Sequence record: OR352954
Source of the DNA: Escherichia phage AV124
Direction: 5' to 3' (one strand)
Length of the DNA: 64,000 nt
Below are positions 17,922 through 28,178 of the stretch, in pieces; position 1 is the first letter of the stretch, and each line of letters begins with the position of its first letter. The translations under genes were made by a program, and so were the position numbers. The notes beneath the pieces were generated by a model. It was not told the DNA's origin. It ran no database searches and worked only from the letters and a program-made list of their open reading frames with translations.

Positions 17922-18703
17922 ATGATACGTTCGAATTTATCGAATCTTTTTGCGGATCTGCCGTGAACGTCGATCACGACGTTGGCGCGTTTACCATCGC
18001 ATAAGCCGCAATCTAAGCAGCTAATGTTGTGAGTGGTATTAACGCAAGTGATCTCGCCCTCCAGGCGGCGCATATTGTGAGTTTTCACGCGGAAAGTTTT
18101 ATAACCCTTGCGCCATGCTGTGATCGCTTGTTTTTCCGTATCGGCTGAGATCTGGCAAATGGTAGCGATACGATGATCAAAATTCTTATGGTGGATCTGG
18201 TGAGTGTACCCCGTATTGCCTTGCGTATGGTTGACCATGTTTTGCCATACCTCAAAAGGGACCGCCGCCGGATCGCCGTAGGAACCTAAACGGATATAAC
18301 GCCCCGCAAAATGTACCAGATCGCGAGAATCAAGATCTTTATAATTGCCTTTTTTGTAAGACTTCCAGACTGACAGCGGGGCCTGGTGTAATGTCACATA
18401 ACAAGCGCCGTTTAAGCTGGTACGATGGGGACACATACCGCAAACAGATGAATCAAGTTTTTTAGCGCTCGCTTCCAGTGGGCTAACATCCTCACGCATG
18501 ATCCAGGTTTGAACCATATCGCCAGTCTTATCGTTAGCGGTTGACATTGTAGCAATGACCACGATCGGGGCCTTATCCAGGACTGACGGGCCTTTATATA
18601 ATACATAACCCTTTTTTGCTGTGGATTTTTTACCCGGTACACTATGCACGATCTCGGATTCAGAGTTGACAACCAGACCATTATTAAGTTTAAACGTAGA
18701 CAT
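17918..18703 (-). CDS. hypothetical protein
   Basis: 261-aa ORF; several Cys (CGMCPH, CLDCGLC). Confidence 0.5.
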   Translation of the reverse strand: MSTFKLNNGLVVNSESEIVHSVPGKKSTAKKGYVLYKGPSVLDKAPIVVIATMSTANDKTGDMVQTWIMREDVSPLEASAKKLDSSVCGMCPHRTSLNGACYVTLHQAPLSVWKSYKKGNYKDLDSRDLVHFAGRYIRLGSYGDPAAVPFEVWQNMVNHTQGNTGYTHQIHHKNFDHRIATICQISADTEKQAITAWRKGYKTFRVKTHNMRRLEGEITCVNTTHNISCLDCGLCDGKRANVVIDVHGRSAKRFDKFERII

Positions 18704-18795
18704 TGCTTTTTACCTCGATTTATCGCGGCCCTTGCCGCCTGAGAAAACACTTTAGCAAGGGCGCTAACTGAAAGCAAGCGCCCAGGGTAAAATAT

Positions 18796-18963
18796 TTTAT
18801 TTAGCTAGTGATAAGGTTTTTCCGTGGTTGATCCCAGGGATAACCCATTGCCCGGCGCCATCTTTAACAGGCTGACGTAAACGCGCCGCCGTGGTTACCT
18901 TGCTGTTAACATTACGGGCAAAAGCGCGGGCCTGGTCACGGGTAGTAAAAGAAATATTTTTCA
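18796..18963 (-). CDS. hypothetical small protein (55 aa)
   Basis: ATG after GAAGAGG on minus strand; below track cut-off. Confidence 0.3.
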
Positions 18964-19252
18964 TGTTGTAGCCTCTTCAGTAGATGTAATTTTGTTTTGC
19001 CCTGGATTTTGGAGATCCTCACCTTTCCGGGCCAGATTGAATCCTCATCGCTTGCGCTTTACTCCACGCCCCACTATTTCAACCGGGGGCCTTGGATTCA
19101 CCCCGCCCCGGTGAGATGAATATTAAGTGATAGCGATCCCCGCGTCAATCCCCTGGATGAAAATAAATTAAAAATATTTTTGTTCGTGTGGGCTTGCGCC
19201 CCGGCCTGGTTAGTGTACTATATAAGGACTCCCACAAATAAAGGTAAACGAA

Positions 19253-19438
19253 ATGGAAAACGCAAAAGTGATAACGAGTGAAACAATGGTTACCCTTTCC
19301 ACCTGGGAGACGGAAAGCGCAGCGCCCCAGGTTAGGATCGTGCCTTTACCCTTCGCGTTGAAAATGTATAATGCAGGATTTACCAGGGTGAGAATTGTTG
19401 CGGAAAATGGGGAAGTGATCGCGGACTCCTGGGAGTAA
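19253..19438 (+). CDS. hypothetical small protein (plus strand, within minus block)
   Basis: ATG after AAAGGTAAACGAA; promoter-like TTGCGC-N16-TACTAT upstream. Confidence 0.3.
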   Translation: MENAKVITSETMVTLSTWETESAAPQVRIVPLPFALKMYNAGFTRVRIVAENGEVIADSWE

Positions 19439-19818
19439 AAAATATTTTATCACGGGGCTTGCAAACGGCCCCGACCTGGGTTATATTTATCAGACAGGAG
19501 AAGAGACGCCACCCCCACGGCGGAAAGGCGGGGCTAACATACCAGGCGCGGCGATCTGGTTGGAAGGTGGATCGCCGGTAGCTCGCCTTAAGCCTGTTTG
19601 TAAAGAATTGTAAAGACGATTGCAACCGGGGGTAGGATATACTATATTATACACATAGCGGGAACATTGAAACCGGAGTACAAAACACCGGGGGTGCCTA
19701 TCATTCAGCAAATGAGAATGATTACCATTCAAATAACTAAATAAGAATGCTTCTCATTCAACAAAAAATTTAAATATTGACTTCTGATTTTTCGTGTGAG
19801 ATACTGAGCGATACCCCT

Positions 19819-20024
19819 AAAAAATTTTTTCGCGTAAGAAAACAAATACGATCTGGAAATTGAGATCTCGATCGAGAACCGGGCCGAAAAATTTTTTCTA
19901 GAGAGAAAACAATTACGATCTCGATTTTGAAAAACCGATCGAGAACCCGGTTGATACAGAGAAAAATTTTTTGATAGTGAGAGCAAATACGTTTTTGAAA
20001 ACGAAAAGTCGATCGAGAACCCAG
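19819..20024. repeat. three tandem imperfect direct repeats of about 70-75 bp
   Basis: Each unit has AAAAATTTTTT, GAGAAAACAA(T)TACG and CGATCGAGAACC; units start near 19819, 19887, 19962. Confidence 0.7.
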
Positions 20025-20297
20025 AGTTTGCTACCTGAAAATTTGAGTTATCTTTTTCGCTTATTTGAGATAAATGTCCAATCTTGATGCCAAGATACCT
20101 ATAGCAATCATACACTTGTGCATCATTTTTCGACATAGCTCCCACAAAGGTTTGAGATAATCTACTCCCAAAACTCTTGATTTAAAAATTTGCAGGGAAG
20201 ATGAAATCCGTTTCAAAAACGATTTTGAAAACCATTTCGAATTTTAAAATATCTTTGGGATATTAAATATCATACAAATATCCCACAGTTTTGAATC

Positions 20298-21134
20298 TTA
20301 TCTGGGATTGAAAATATCCTTCCATTTAATAATATCATAGGTTGTGCCTGTAGAAATTTCATACATTTTAATCTCATCTGGGGTCGGATTACAAATGTCA
20401 ATGAAAAATGTGCTCAATACAGAAATCAGGAACCGTTCTGTCTTTCCTGGGACTGTGTAAACAATACGCATATCACCGGGAATAGGAGAAATGGCCAAGG
20501 AGGTAGGGCCATTCATAAGTGTAACGGTATTATCAGCAATCTTGATACGACCATCGACACCATACACCAAATCATGGACAGAAGAATAATGTGCAAGCAC
20601 CTCTACTACCGGGTTACCGACAAGGTTCACGAGGTAATCAAGATACAGGTCTCGCCATCCACGATTCTGCATCATGTACCGTATATGGGAACCTCCATCA
20701 AACATCTCGCCCAGTTGCTCTGCGATCCAGGCAACACCATTTGCAATGTCTTCTCTGTTCCAAGTGTTGTCGATATCTAAAATATCCTTGCTGAACTTGT
20801 TCAAACGGCGCATAGCATTGAGTACATACTCACCTCTTTCAACGAAGGCACGTTCAGTGTCTTTTGCATAATCGAGAAGCCCTTCAACCTCTGATCCTGT
20901 GGCGTATTGCTTAAGGTCATCAAGCACACTTTCCACACTGGCCTTGGCCTGATTGAAAGTATACTCATCAGTCTCGTCAGTAGAGAATTCTACACCACCA
21001 AGGGCGTATGTAGCATCATCATAGAGCTTTTTGAGATCATGACGCATATCCGGGAAGTCATAACCAACCTTGTTATGAGGGATAAGTTCAAGAGTGTTTA
21101 AAATAGTAGTCATCGTATATCGTCCTGTAATCAA
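20298..21134 (-). CDS. hypothetical protein
   Basis: 278-aa ORF; no motif. Confidence 0.5.
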   Translation of the reverse strand: MITGRYTMTTILNTLELIPHNKVGYDFPDMRHDLKKLYDDATYALGGVEFSTDETDEYTFNQAKASVESVLDDLKQYATGSEVEGLLDYAKDTERAFVERGEYVLNAMRRLNKFSKDILDIDNTWNREDIANGVAWIAEQLGEMFDGGSHIRYMMQNRGWRDLYLDYLVNLVGNPVVEVLAHYSSVHDLVYGVDGRIKIADNTVTLMNGPTSLAISPIPGDMRIVYTVPGKTERFLISVLSTFFIDICNPTPDEIKMYEISTGTTYDIIKWKDIFNPR

Positions 21135-21394
21135 TCCTGAGGCGTTTTATTAAAAGGCAGTACGTTTGCCTATCTTACATGCTAAAAACCCCGCTACGGC
21201 GTTCCTACGCATCATACGGGGTATTCTAGCATCTGTTTTTCAGTCACGTTTCATTTGGTAGCGCATATACGCCATATTCATTCTGTGTTTGACGTTGTAA
21301 GTTACCGGAAGATGACCAAATACAAAGTAACAGACATCATACAGGATCTCCCAGAACTTAAAAACCAAATATTTAGACCGTTTTTCTAAGCTCA

Positions 21395-21805
21395 TCATCT
21401 CACCTCCACAGGTTCAATAAAATAGTTCTGGCCTTGTTTTGTTTGACAAAATGAACCAATGTACCAGACACCGCCGCCGCCATGCTGGGTGATACGGAGA
21501 ATATCATACCCACCAAGCTTTTCTGGTCTTTTGACACTTGCTGGTGCATCGACTATCTTCATCAACAAATCAAACCCAGACATTGACATCAGGAACTTGT
21601 TCCCGTCTTGATCGACCATTTCAATATTCGCAGCAGAACGACCACGACTGAATCCAGTATACTGGAGTTTCAGCTCTCGAATTTCATGACGATCGGAAAC
21701 ATCCACCTTATCTTCCATCTTCCAGTCATGGGCGTACCCGGTATACCAAGCATTACTGCCCTTCAGGTATAGTGCGGGGTATCCGCGCTTTCCTAACTTA
21801 GCCAT
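21395..21805 (-). CDS. hypothetical protein
   Basis: Track ORF trimmed to ATG with GAGGG SD overlapping upstream stop. Confidence 0.45.
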   Translation of the reverse strand: MAKLGKRGYPALYLKGSNAWYTGYAHDWKMEDKVDVSDRHEIRELKLQYTGFSRGRSAANIEMVDQDGNKFLMSMSGFDLLMKIVDAPASVKRPEKLGGYDILRITQHGGGGVWYIGSFCQTKQGQNYFIEPVEVR

Positions 21806-22148
21806 GCTTACCCTCGTTCTTTTCAATACCAAGGATCATACCCTGGAGTTGCTGTTTCATTGGAATCAGGATTGGCATATCGTCAATCCAGACATCTGGT
21901 GTCCAGCGATTTTCTGCACACACCTGTGCCTTTTGTACACCACTACAGTAGATTATCTTGATATCCAGCTCATTAGCCCAGAACTCAATGTCCGAGTTAT
22001 TATCAGTCGGATATCGGAAGGTAACGAAACGAACATCAAAGTCACCCTCGATGACCATCAAATCAACAATGTGATGCCACATGGTTGGATTTAACGTGAA
22101 AGTATCATCGAAGTCAAGTGCTATTTTCTTTTTCTCGAATGGTTTCAC
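21798..22148 (-). CDS. hypothetical protein
   Basis: ORF in minus-strand array. Confidence 0.45.
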   Translation of the reverse strand: MKPFEKKKIALDFDDTFTLNPTMWHHIVDLMVIEGDFDVRFVTFRYPTDNNSDIEFWANELDIKIIYCSGVQKAQVCAENRWTPDVWIDDMPILIPMKQQLQGMILGIEKNEGKHG

Positions 22149-22531
22149 TCAGCCTCCCACTTGACTACAATCCCATGTGCTGACAAATACTTTTCAACAC
22201 TGACCTTGCATTCCAGCCGACACGCATTATGTATTGCTGCCAAATCATCATTGCCGAATTCACCATCAACGTAATCAGATGGTAATCGGCGGGATGCTAG
22301 ATTCACGGTGACGGTGCGGGACTCCAACTGAGAAATCCGCTGCTGCACCTTCTCCAGCGCCTCTACCAGCGCGAGAACGTTGACAGGGTTAGCAAGACTA
22401 ATAAGATTTATCTTTGACTTATGAACGGTACAAATCTGATGGCCTTCCTCAAACCATTCACTGTCGTAATTTTTAATAACGCGCACTGCTGCCGCTTTCA
22501 GGCTCTGCGCCAGTTCGTTGATATCAATCAT
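22145..22531 (-). CDS. hypothetical protein
   Basis: Track ORF trimmed to ATG preceded by AAAAAGGA. Confidence 0.45.
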   Translation of the reverse strand: MIDINELAQSLKAAAVRVIKNYDSEWFEEGHQICTVHKSKINLISLANPVNVLALVEALEKVQQRISQLESRTVTVNLASRRLPSDYVDGEFGNDDLAAIHNACRLECKVSVEKYLSAHGIVVKWEAE

Positions 22532-23174
22532 GCTGAGAATCCTTTTTATCTTCTTTTGTTTTGGCGGCTGCATCCAACTCTTCAGTATATTTCTTGATTT
22601 GAGCATCAAGATACTTAATGGTGCTATCAGCCAGTTGTTGTGTACGTGGTGACTCAACCACATTCTGACCTACATACGCTGCCAGCATCTTATAGGCCGT
22701 CTCTTTCTGCGGCATAAAGTTAGCGTACAGGATACCTAGGAAACATATAACCATGCCAAAGACTGCGATCTTACGTGGACCTTTGGTAACATCCTTTACC
22801 ACAACAGGTGTTGTTGATTGGCCTTCCTTCCGGGTTACTTTGTAGATTGTGGACTGCTTAATATCGTTGCTGGAGACCCTTCCATTCGGCAAGCGAACTC
22901 GAAGCGTATTATCACTGTTCCATACCGTAACGATTTCAATCGTATCCCCGGCCTTACATCCATTCCAGTCTTGATTAAGAATCAGGTTTTCACCTTCGAA
23001 GAACTGATACCCTAAGGCTGTACCATTCTTCTCAAGATCTTCATAAATCTTCTGACCGAAATAGCAACCGGCGTATGCGAGAGCAGAGATAAGCATCAGA
23101 GCAACCCAACCACCATAATTACCGTCTGTAGTCAGAACATCAATTACATAAATCAGAAAAGGCCATGAACCCAT
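22524..23174 (-). CDS. hypothetical membrane protein (two TM segments)
   Basis: Hydrophobic stretches near N-terminus and mid-protein; Lys-rich C-terminus. Confidence 0.5.
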   Translation of the reverse strand: MGSWPFLIYVIDVLTTDGNYGGWVALMLISALAYAGCYFGQKIYEDLEKNGTALGYQFFEGENLILNQDWNGCKAGDTIEIVTVWNSDNTLRVRLPNGRVSSNDIKQSTIYKVTRKEGQSTTPVVVKDVTKGPRKIAVFGMVICFLGILYANFMPQKETAYKMLAAYVGQNVVESPRTQQLADSTIKYLDAQIKKYTEELDAAAKTKEDKKDSQHD

Positions 23175-23199
23175 TTTGTAATCTCCTCTTAGGATAACT

Positions 23200-23460
23200 T
23201 TAATTAAGTGTTAAATTTCCAACAGTTTCAATGAAGCCGAAGGGCATAGAGAATACCTTCACCATATAAATCTTGTCCTTACCATCTTCATAGTAAGGCA
23301 CAACTACAACATCATCAGCTCCCAGAGGAAGCATAGTCATAATCATACCAGAATCTACAACGTATTCAAGCACAGCTTCTTTGGTGGCAGGAATTTCTTT
23401 CTCTGTTTGTTTGCTTTCCAACAGGCCACCACGGTGTTGACGAATACGGATCGTTTTCAT
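23200..23460 (-). CDS. hypothetical protein
   Basis: ORF in minus-strand array. Confidence 0.45.
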   Translation of the reverse strand: MKTIRIRQHRGGLLESKQTEKEIPATKEAVLEYVVDSGMIMTMLPLGADDVVVVPYYEDGKDKIYMVKVFSMPFGFIETVGNLTLN

Positions 23461-23777
23461 TTGTTGTCGGCCTCGCGCCGCCCCCAGTTAAGTCGTTCAT
23501 AAGATTCACTGTCGCCCATGCCTCCATCACATAAGCGAACAAGTTCGCACTTCCACACACATCTAACACCCGTAAACGGGTTAGCTCATGGCTAATCCAC
23601 TTGTGGATGACTGAAGTGATGAATCACTTCCTCTTGAAACTAACTATACACTAACTAAACCATAGATCAAGATCTTTTTATAAAGATCTATGTTTTATGT
23701 TTTTAAGATCTTATGTGTATTATTTTATATATGTATTCATGTGCAAAATTTGCATGACACGAGACGCAAAATTTGCA
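23461..23777. promoter_or_regulatory. operator-like palindromes in intergenic region
   Basis: 32-bp near-perfect palindrome CATAGATCAAGATCTTTTTATAAAGATCTATG (23661-23692); direct repeat GCAAAATTTGCAT at 23743 and 23766. Confidence 0.4.
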
Positions 23778-24056
23778 TCACAAGACGGTGTACTCATACG
23801 TACTCATCCCTCTGCGTTCTGTAGATAGATACCCTAGTGCCACGAGGTTTTTTATGGATGTACTGATTGACCTTTCAGACACACCCGTAGCTTCACTAAT
23901 CGTTTTATAACTAGCAAAGTATTTCTTCCCTTTTGTCTCTAAGTATCCTGCCTTGTACTTTATGTGGAGCAGGACACGAAGATCTGTGCATGACAGGTTC
24001 TTATCATGCAGCTCTTTTTCGTCACAAGCTACCCACTTCTCACTCTTTTTTGGCAT
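23778..24056 (-). CDS. winged-helix DNA-binding protein (putative transcriptional regulator)
   Basis: ASYKTISEATGVSERSISTSIKNLVALGYL is a typical HTH recognition pattern; start trimmed to ATG after GGAG. Confidence 0.45.
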   Translation of the reverse strand: MPKKSEKWVACDEKELHDKNLSCTDLRVLLHIKYKAGYLETKGKKYFASYKTISEATGVSERSISTSIKNLVALGYLSTERRGMSTYEYTVL

Positions 24057-24450
24057 CCAAGTATTTCTCCAAATGAGTGAGTACAACCCCTTGGGCATAC
24101 TCTTGAGATGCATCATTGTGGTGAAGAACAGCCAGATCACATCCAAGTTTGTGCAAACTCCTCTCGAATGGAGACAAGTGTGTCATCATAACTTCGACCA
24201 GACTAAGCTCTTCTTCTGTGATGTGGAGGGGATCATCCGTGAAATCCCTGGAGATGAGAATCTCTCTCTCACCTCCTTCTCCGTGACCATAGACCTCGAC
24301 AATCCTCCTGTTACAGAAAATTTCGTACTGATAGCCGTTCCAATCTTGACCGTCTTGGGCTTCAAAGTTCACAATGAGGCAACAACCAAGCCCCAACAAG
24401 AGTACCTGGAAATCCAAATTGTGAACAATTTTTTTATTTAAAGTGTTCAT
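24040..24450 (-). CDS. hypothetical acidic protein
   Basis: ORF in minus-strand array. Confidence 0.4.
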   Translation of the reverse strand: MNTLNKKIVHNLDFQVLLLGLGCCLIVNFEAQDGQDWNGYQYEIFCNRRIVEVYGHGEGGEREILISRDFTDDPLHITEEELSLVEVMMTHLSPFERSLHKLGCDLAVLHHNDASQEYAQGVVLTHLEKYLDAKKE

Positions 24451-25873
24451 CTAAGTCCACAGCTTTTCCAAATGGTGGAATCCAACCCTTGCGCCCACCG
24501 CAGATAACCCAGAGAGTGTTGTACTTACGCCCCCAGCTTGAGCCACGATGTCTCAGGTCCTCTATGTAACCATCTGTGAAGATTATAACCTCTTTTGCCT
24601 TAGGAATAAACTCATCGATGTACTCAAAAGCACATGCAGCAGTTGTCCCACCAGTCGATGTAACTCTGTAATCCAGAATTTCCTTTATGTTATCCTGTGT
24701 GTACACGTTGACGTTGCCAACTTGGGTTGACCAACAGAACAATGTGATACGGAAACATTGGTACAGGGTGCTCAAAGCGATTATCTCATTGAAGATACGT
24801 GTCATTGTTTGACGAGAGATAGAACCTGAAACGTCAAAACCGATTACAATATCAACAGTCTCTGTTCTTTTTCTGCCAGGCATAACCATGAACTGTTTCT
24901 TAGTTAGAGCGCCGTGATCACGAAGGACTTTTGTCATTCCTCCTGATCGACGACCTAAGACCCGATAAGTACGGTCTGATTTAACACGAGAAATCATTCG
25001 CTGCTTAATGATTTGCAGGTAATTAATCTTCGGTTTACCTTTTTGTGCGATTAATTCTCTGGCTTCTTTTGGCCCTTCACCACCTGCGGCTTTCATAGCA
25101 GCGTCAATCATGTCCTCAGACCAAGACATATCCTCATCTTCCTGATCAGCAGACTTCTGTGGGTGTGGGTCCGTATACCCCAGGATGTCAAGGTCTTTAT
25201 CATAATCCCCTATGTGCGCTCCCAGCGGCTTACCTTCACCGTCACCAATCTCTTCCGGTAGTAGAGCATAAATCTCTTCAGCCGTTTTTCCCTCATATTG
25301 GTAATCGCAATAACAGTAAGCAAGGAAACCAAATTCTTTTGACTTATCAAACACTTGTCGATGAGTGAACCATTTCAAACTCTCGGCTTTCTGGCCCAAC
25401 TCCTTGACTAGGTCAGTATTGATATAGTGATCAGCGGCGATGTTGAAACGTTTGCGATCAAATGTTTTCCCACGAGACATGTGGTCGTTGGTGACATGGC
25501 GGACCTCATGCATCATGATGAATACAATTTCTTTCATGGTCTTTTGACGATAAAATACATTGATGTACTCTTTGTAATCATCTTTTTGCTGTTGTGTCAT
25601 CATCGGATGCTTGTCAATACGAGCAAAGACTTTTTTCTTGCGATCAGCAGGCATACCCATAATGAACTCTGGGTTAAAGTATAGATTGCGATGATCAGTT
25701 GCTGCGGTTGGAAGCCATGCACAGTCAACTATCAGCGGCATACCGCTTAATAATGTCCCATAGAATGGTCGATTAGTAAGTAAAGCGATGCGGGCAGACT
25801 GAACTCTCTTCAGTGCTTCATCAGCCAGTTCCATAATGCTTTCTTTTTCATCAGTATACATTCTTATCTCCAA
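24434..25873 (-). CDS. vWA domain protein with N-terminal HExxH metallopeptidase-like domain
   Basis: HExxH motif (MMHEVRH) in N-terminal half; MIDAS-like DVSGSIS in C-terminal half. Confidence 0.6.
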   Translation of the reverse strand: MEIRMYTDEKESIMELADEALKRVQSARIALLTNRPFYGTLLSGMPLIVDCAWLPTAATDHRNLYFNPEFIMGMPADRKKKVFARIDKHPMMTQQQKDDYKEYINVFYRQKTMKEIVFIMMHEVRHVTNDHMSRGKTFDRKRFNIAADHYINTDLVKELGQKAESLKWFTHRQVFDKSKEFGFLAYCYCDYQYEGKTAEEIYALLPEEIGDGEGKPLGAHIGDYDKDLDILGYTDPHPQKSADQEDEDMSWSEDMIDAAMKAAGGEGPKEARELIAQKGKPKINYLQIIKQRMISRVKSDRTYRVLGRRSGGMTKVLRDHGALTKKQFMVMPGRKRTETVDIVIGFDVSGSISRQTMTRIFNEIIALSTLYQCFRITLFCWSTQVGNVNVYTQDNIKEILDYRVTSTGGTTAACAFEYIDEFIPKAKEVIIFTDGYIEDLRHRGSSWGRKYNTLWVICGGRKGWIPPFGKAVDLDEHFK

Positions 25874-25910
25874 GAAAAAAGGCCATCAGTTACGATGGCC
25901 TTATTATAGG

Positions 25911-26171
25911 TTAATTCATCACCCTTTGCAATGCAATTTGGGGTAAAAATTCATCTATCCCCTCAACCCTGAAACCCCACGCTAATTGTGGACCAGGCGC
26001 TCCCGGAAGGTGAGGAACAGCAAACAAGACGATCCCATCAATAGCTCCGCGAATCGCGTTCTCTGTGAAAGTCTCTACCAGATCCCCGAAATTAAGACCC
26101 GGCCTGAAGCCAGCATTCAGCATTTTTTGCTCTGGCGCGGATGCAGGCCTGCCCAAGATATCTTCGTACAT
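25911..26171 (-). CDS. hypothetical protein
   Basis: ORF in minus-strand array. Confidence 0.4.
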   Translation of the reverse strand: MYEDILGRPASAPEQKMLNAGFRPGLNFGDLVETFTENAIRGAIDGIVLFAVPHLPGAPGPQLAWGFRVEGIDEFLPQIALQRVMN

Positions 26172-27037
26172 TACACCACCTTGTTGAGCATTGCTGCAAC
26201 TTTTGGCAGGCTCAGGCCCGTCTGGATCATCAGTTGGGTCATCGCAGTTTCCATTTTCTTGGAGACAATGATGAAATTATCTTTGGCAAAGCCAATGTTC
26301 AGATCCAGAATCAGAATAGATTTCGGTTCTTCAGTTAATTTTTCACCAGATAAGGCACAGGTGTTGCGAATGTATCGTGCCTTAAATTGCGAATAGGTGA
26401 CCGATACAGACATTCCAGCCTCGTGGAAGGTGTTGCAGTAACGGGCATACGCCAATGCAACAGAGACGTCCTCAGGCAACTTCTGGGCCTCTTTCTGAGC
26501 ACTTGTCTCTTCCGCCGCAGGTTTTTGGTTGTGAACATGTTCTTCGGCATTATCCATAGCGTTCTGCATTGTCTCTTCAGTATTCATTTCGTTCTCCTGT
26601 TGTGGGATATATTTGGTTTTCAGTTTTTCAAGGTGGTCTTTGGACATGTTCAACATCATGGCCTTTACTATTTCGCGATCTAAAGGATCTTGAATCAGTA
26701 TAGATGTTGTCTTGTCAACTAAACGGTCCTTAAGTTGGTTTGCGCGAAGCATAACCACACAGACGTTTCCCCGGACATACCCTTTCGAGTCATCGATTCT
26801 CTCTATAGACGGATACCTTGGGTTAGCTTCCTCACCATCATTCGCGATGTTGGTACTGAAAGGTAGCCCCGTGTAATCACAAGAGCCGTGGCCCAAAAGC
26901 TTGAATCCGAGCATACGCATATCTTGCATTGTTAAATCACAGTCAAGGCCCCGTTTTCGAGCATTCAACTTCTTATGCTTCAAACGATTCCTCAACTTTT
27001 CCACTTCTTCAGGTGTAAACTCTTGTAATACAGACAT
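26171..27037 (-). CDS. HNH endonuclease-like protein
   Basis: CDYTGLPF...PSIERIDDSKGYVRGNVCVVMLRANQLK matches phage HNH nuclease core; SD AAGGAG. Confidence 0.5.
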   Translation of the reverse strand: MSVLQEFTPEEVEKLRNRLKHKKLNARKRGLDCDLTMQDMRMLGFKLLGHGSCDYTGLPFSTNIANDGEEANPRYPSIERIDDSKGYVRGNVCVVMLRANQLKDRLVDKTTSILIQDPLDREIVKAMMLNMSKDHLEKLKTKYIPQQENEMNTEETMQNAMDNAEEHVHNQKPAAEETSAQKEAQKLPEDVSVALAYARYCNTFHEAGMSVSVTYSQFKARYIRNTCALSGEKLTEEPKSILILDLNIGFAKDNFIIVSKKMETAMTQLMIQTGLSLPKVAAMLNKVV

Positions 27038-27076
27038 TTCTAACTCCTTGGGTCTTGCCCGTTCTTAGTAAGGTGA

Positions 27077-27104
27077 TTATCACCATTCGGAAAAGGGTTG
27101 TCAA
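27077..27104 (-). promoter_or_regulatory. sigma70 consensus promoter TTGACA-N17-GATAAT (minus strand) in divergent region
   Basis: Minus-strand read TTGACA ACCCTTTTCCGAATGGT GATAAT upstream of SD AAGGAG and ATG at 27037. Confidence 0.5.
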
Positions 27105-27170
27105 CCCTTGATTTCTAAAAAGTGGCGGTGTATCTTTGTCCATTATTCGTATAAGAGGGTAAGTGAGATT

Positions 27171-28178
27171 ATGAGCAAAGTAGATATTAATGTAAAACCA
27201 AACGAGGCTTGGAATGAGGAGCGAGATTTCATAGATAAGTTGTTACAAGGGAAGCAGGCTGCTCAAGAGAGATTTCTTTCAACTTTTGAGAGGGACAGAC
27301 ATGTTGACAATCCCATCACCCGCTTTATCGAGTATCTTCGTGGGGTGGGGGATCAGAATCCTGTGTTGGAAATTGTTTTGTCTTGCCTTCATAAACTTCC
27401 CACACATGGCGGACCTTTTTATTGGGAATGGTTTGATGGTAATGATGAGGATGTGATGGATTTCGCTTTTGATATGAATCGGAAGACTACCTCTCATTCC
27501 CTATCCAGTATGGTGGCAGAGCATAGAACACATCGCACAGGCGGAAATCATCCTTGGTCAGATCGTTTAACAGAGACAGTGGAACTTTGTTTTCATGGTC
27601 ATGGGAATAGTGAGGCGTTTAAATGCTCGTTCTGGGATTTTTCACACCGTACCCGCAATTTTCTTTATCATTTGAAGCCTCTTCTTGAGGATATGTCGAA
27701 TGGGGATGACCTTCGTTTAGTTGTAGAGTATGCGAGTCATCAAAGAAATGCCTCGATATCGTGGAAGAATCTCCCTGCTGGTCGATTTGAACTTCTGCAT
27801 GTGAGGCTGGTTTGTGGTGACTTGGTTCTTTACTCTGACTATCTTGAGCCTTCGGCGTTCGATCGTGTTTGTAGCCAACTGAACCATTCTGTTATCAACA
27901 TCATGAACAGAAAGATCGCTAATAAGGCACGTAAAGCAATGTTCGTTTGTTCTCCGAAAGAAACGATGTTCCACTTGGAATATGACCCCAAGCTACAGAG
28001 CATGATGGAGGGGGACTCCCCGACAGAAGAAGAACTCATGATGATGTCTATTGCAGGATATGAAGATGAGTTTTGGCTTGACAACGTAAAATCTTTCGAT
28101 AGACTGAACATAAAACCCTTTAACCTAGAGGAAGCTGTCAAATGGTATCAACAGACAAGAGTTGTATTCAAGCTTTAA
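27171..28178 (+). CDS. hypothetical protein
   Basis: First gene of rightward block; track ORF 27108 trimmed to ATG after AGAGGG. Confidence 0.5.
   Translation: MSKVDINVKPNEAWNEERDFIDKLLQGKQAAQERFLSTFERDRHVDNPITRFIEYLRGVGDQNPVLEIVLSCLHKLPTHGGPFYWEWFDGNDEDVMDFAFDMNRKTTSHSLSSMVAEHRTHRTGGNHPWSDRLTETVELCFHGHGNSEAFKCSFWDFSHRTRNFLYHLKPLLEDMSNGDDLRLVVEYASHQRNASISWKNLPAGRFELLHVRLVCGDLVLYSDYLEPSAFDRVCSQLNHSVINIMNRKIANKARKAMFVCSPKETMFHLEYDPKLQSMMEGDSPTEEELMMMSIAGYEDEFWLDNVKSFDRLNIKPFNLEEAVKWYQQTRVVFKL

Noticed and set aside
19819-20024. CRISPR array
   Set aside because: Repeat units are about 70-75 bp, imperfect and directly abutting without unique spacers; no cas genes nearby.
19729-20145. Track ORF 19729..20145 (minus, 138 aa)
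   Set aside because: Spans the tandem repeat array and translates to low-complexity sequence; most likely non-coding.
12143-27037. Prophage or integrative element signature (integrase, att sites, transposase)
   Set aside because: No tyrosine/serine recombinase or transposase motifs seen; content is consistent with a virulent phage genome.
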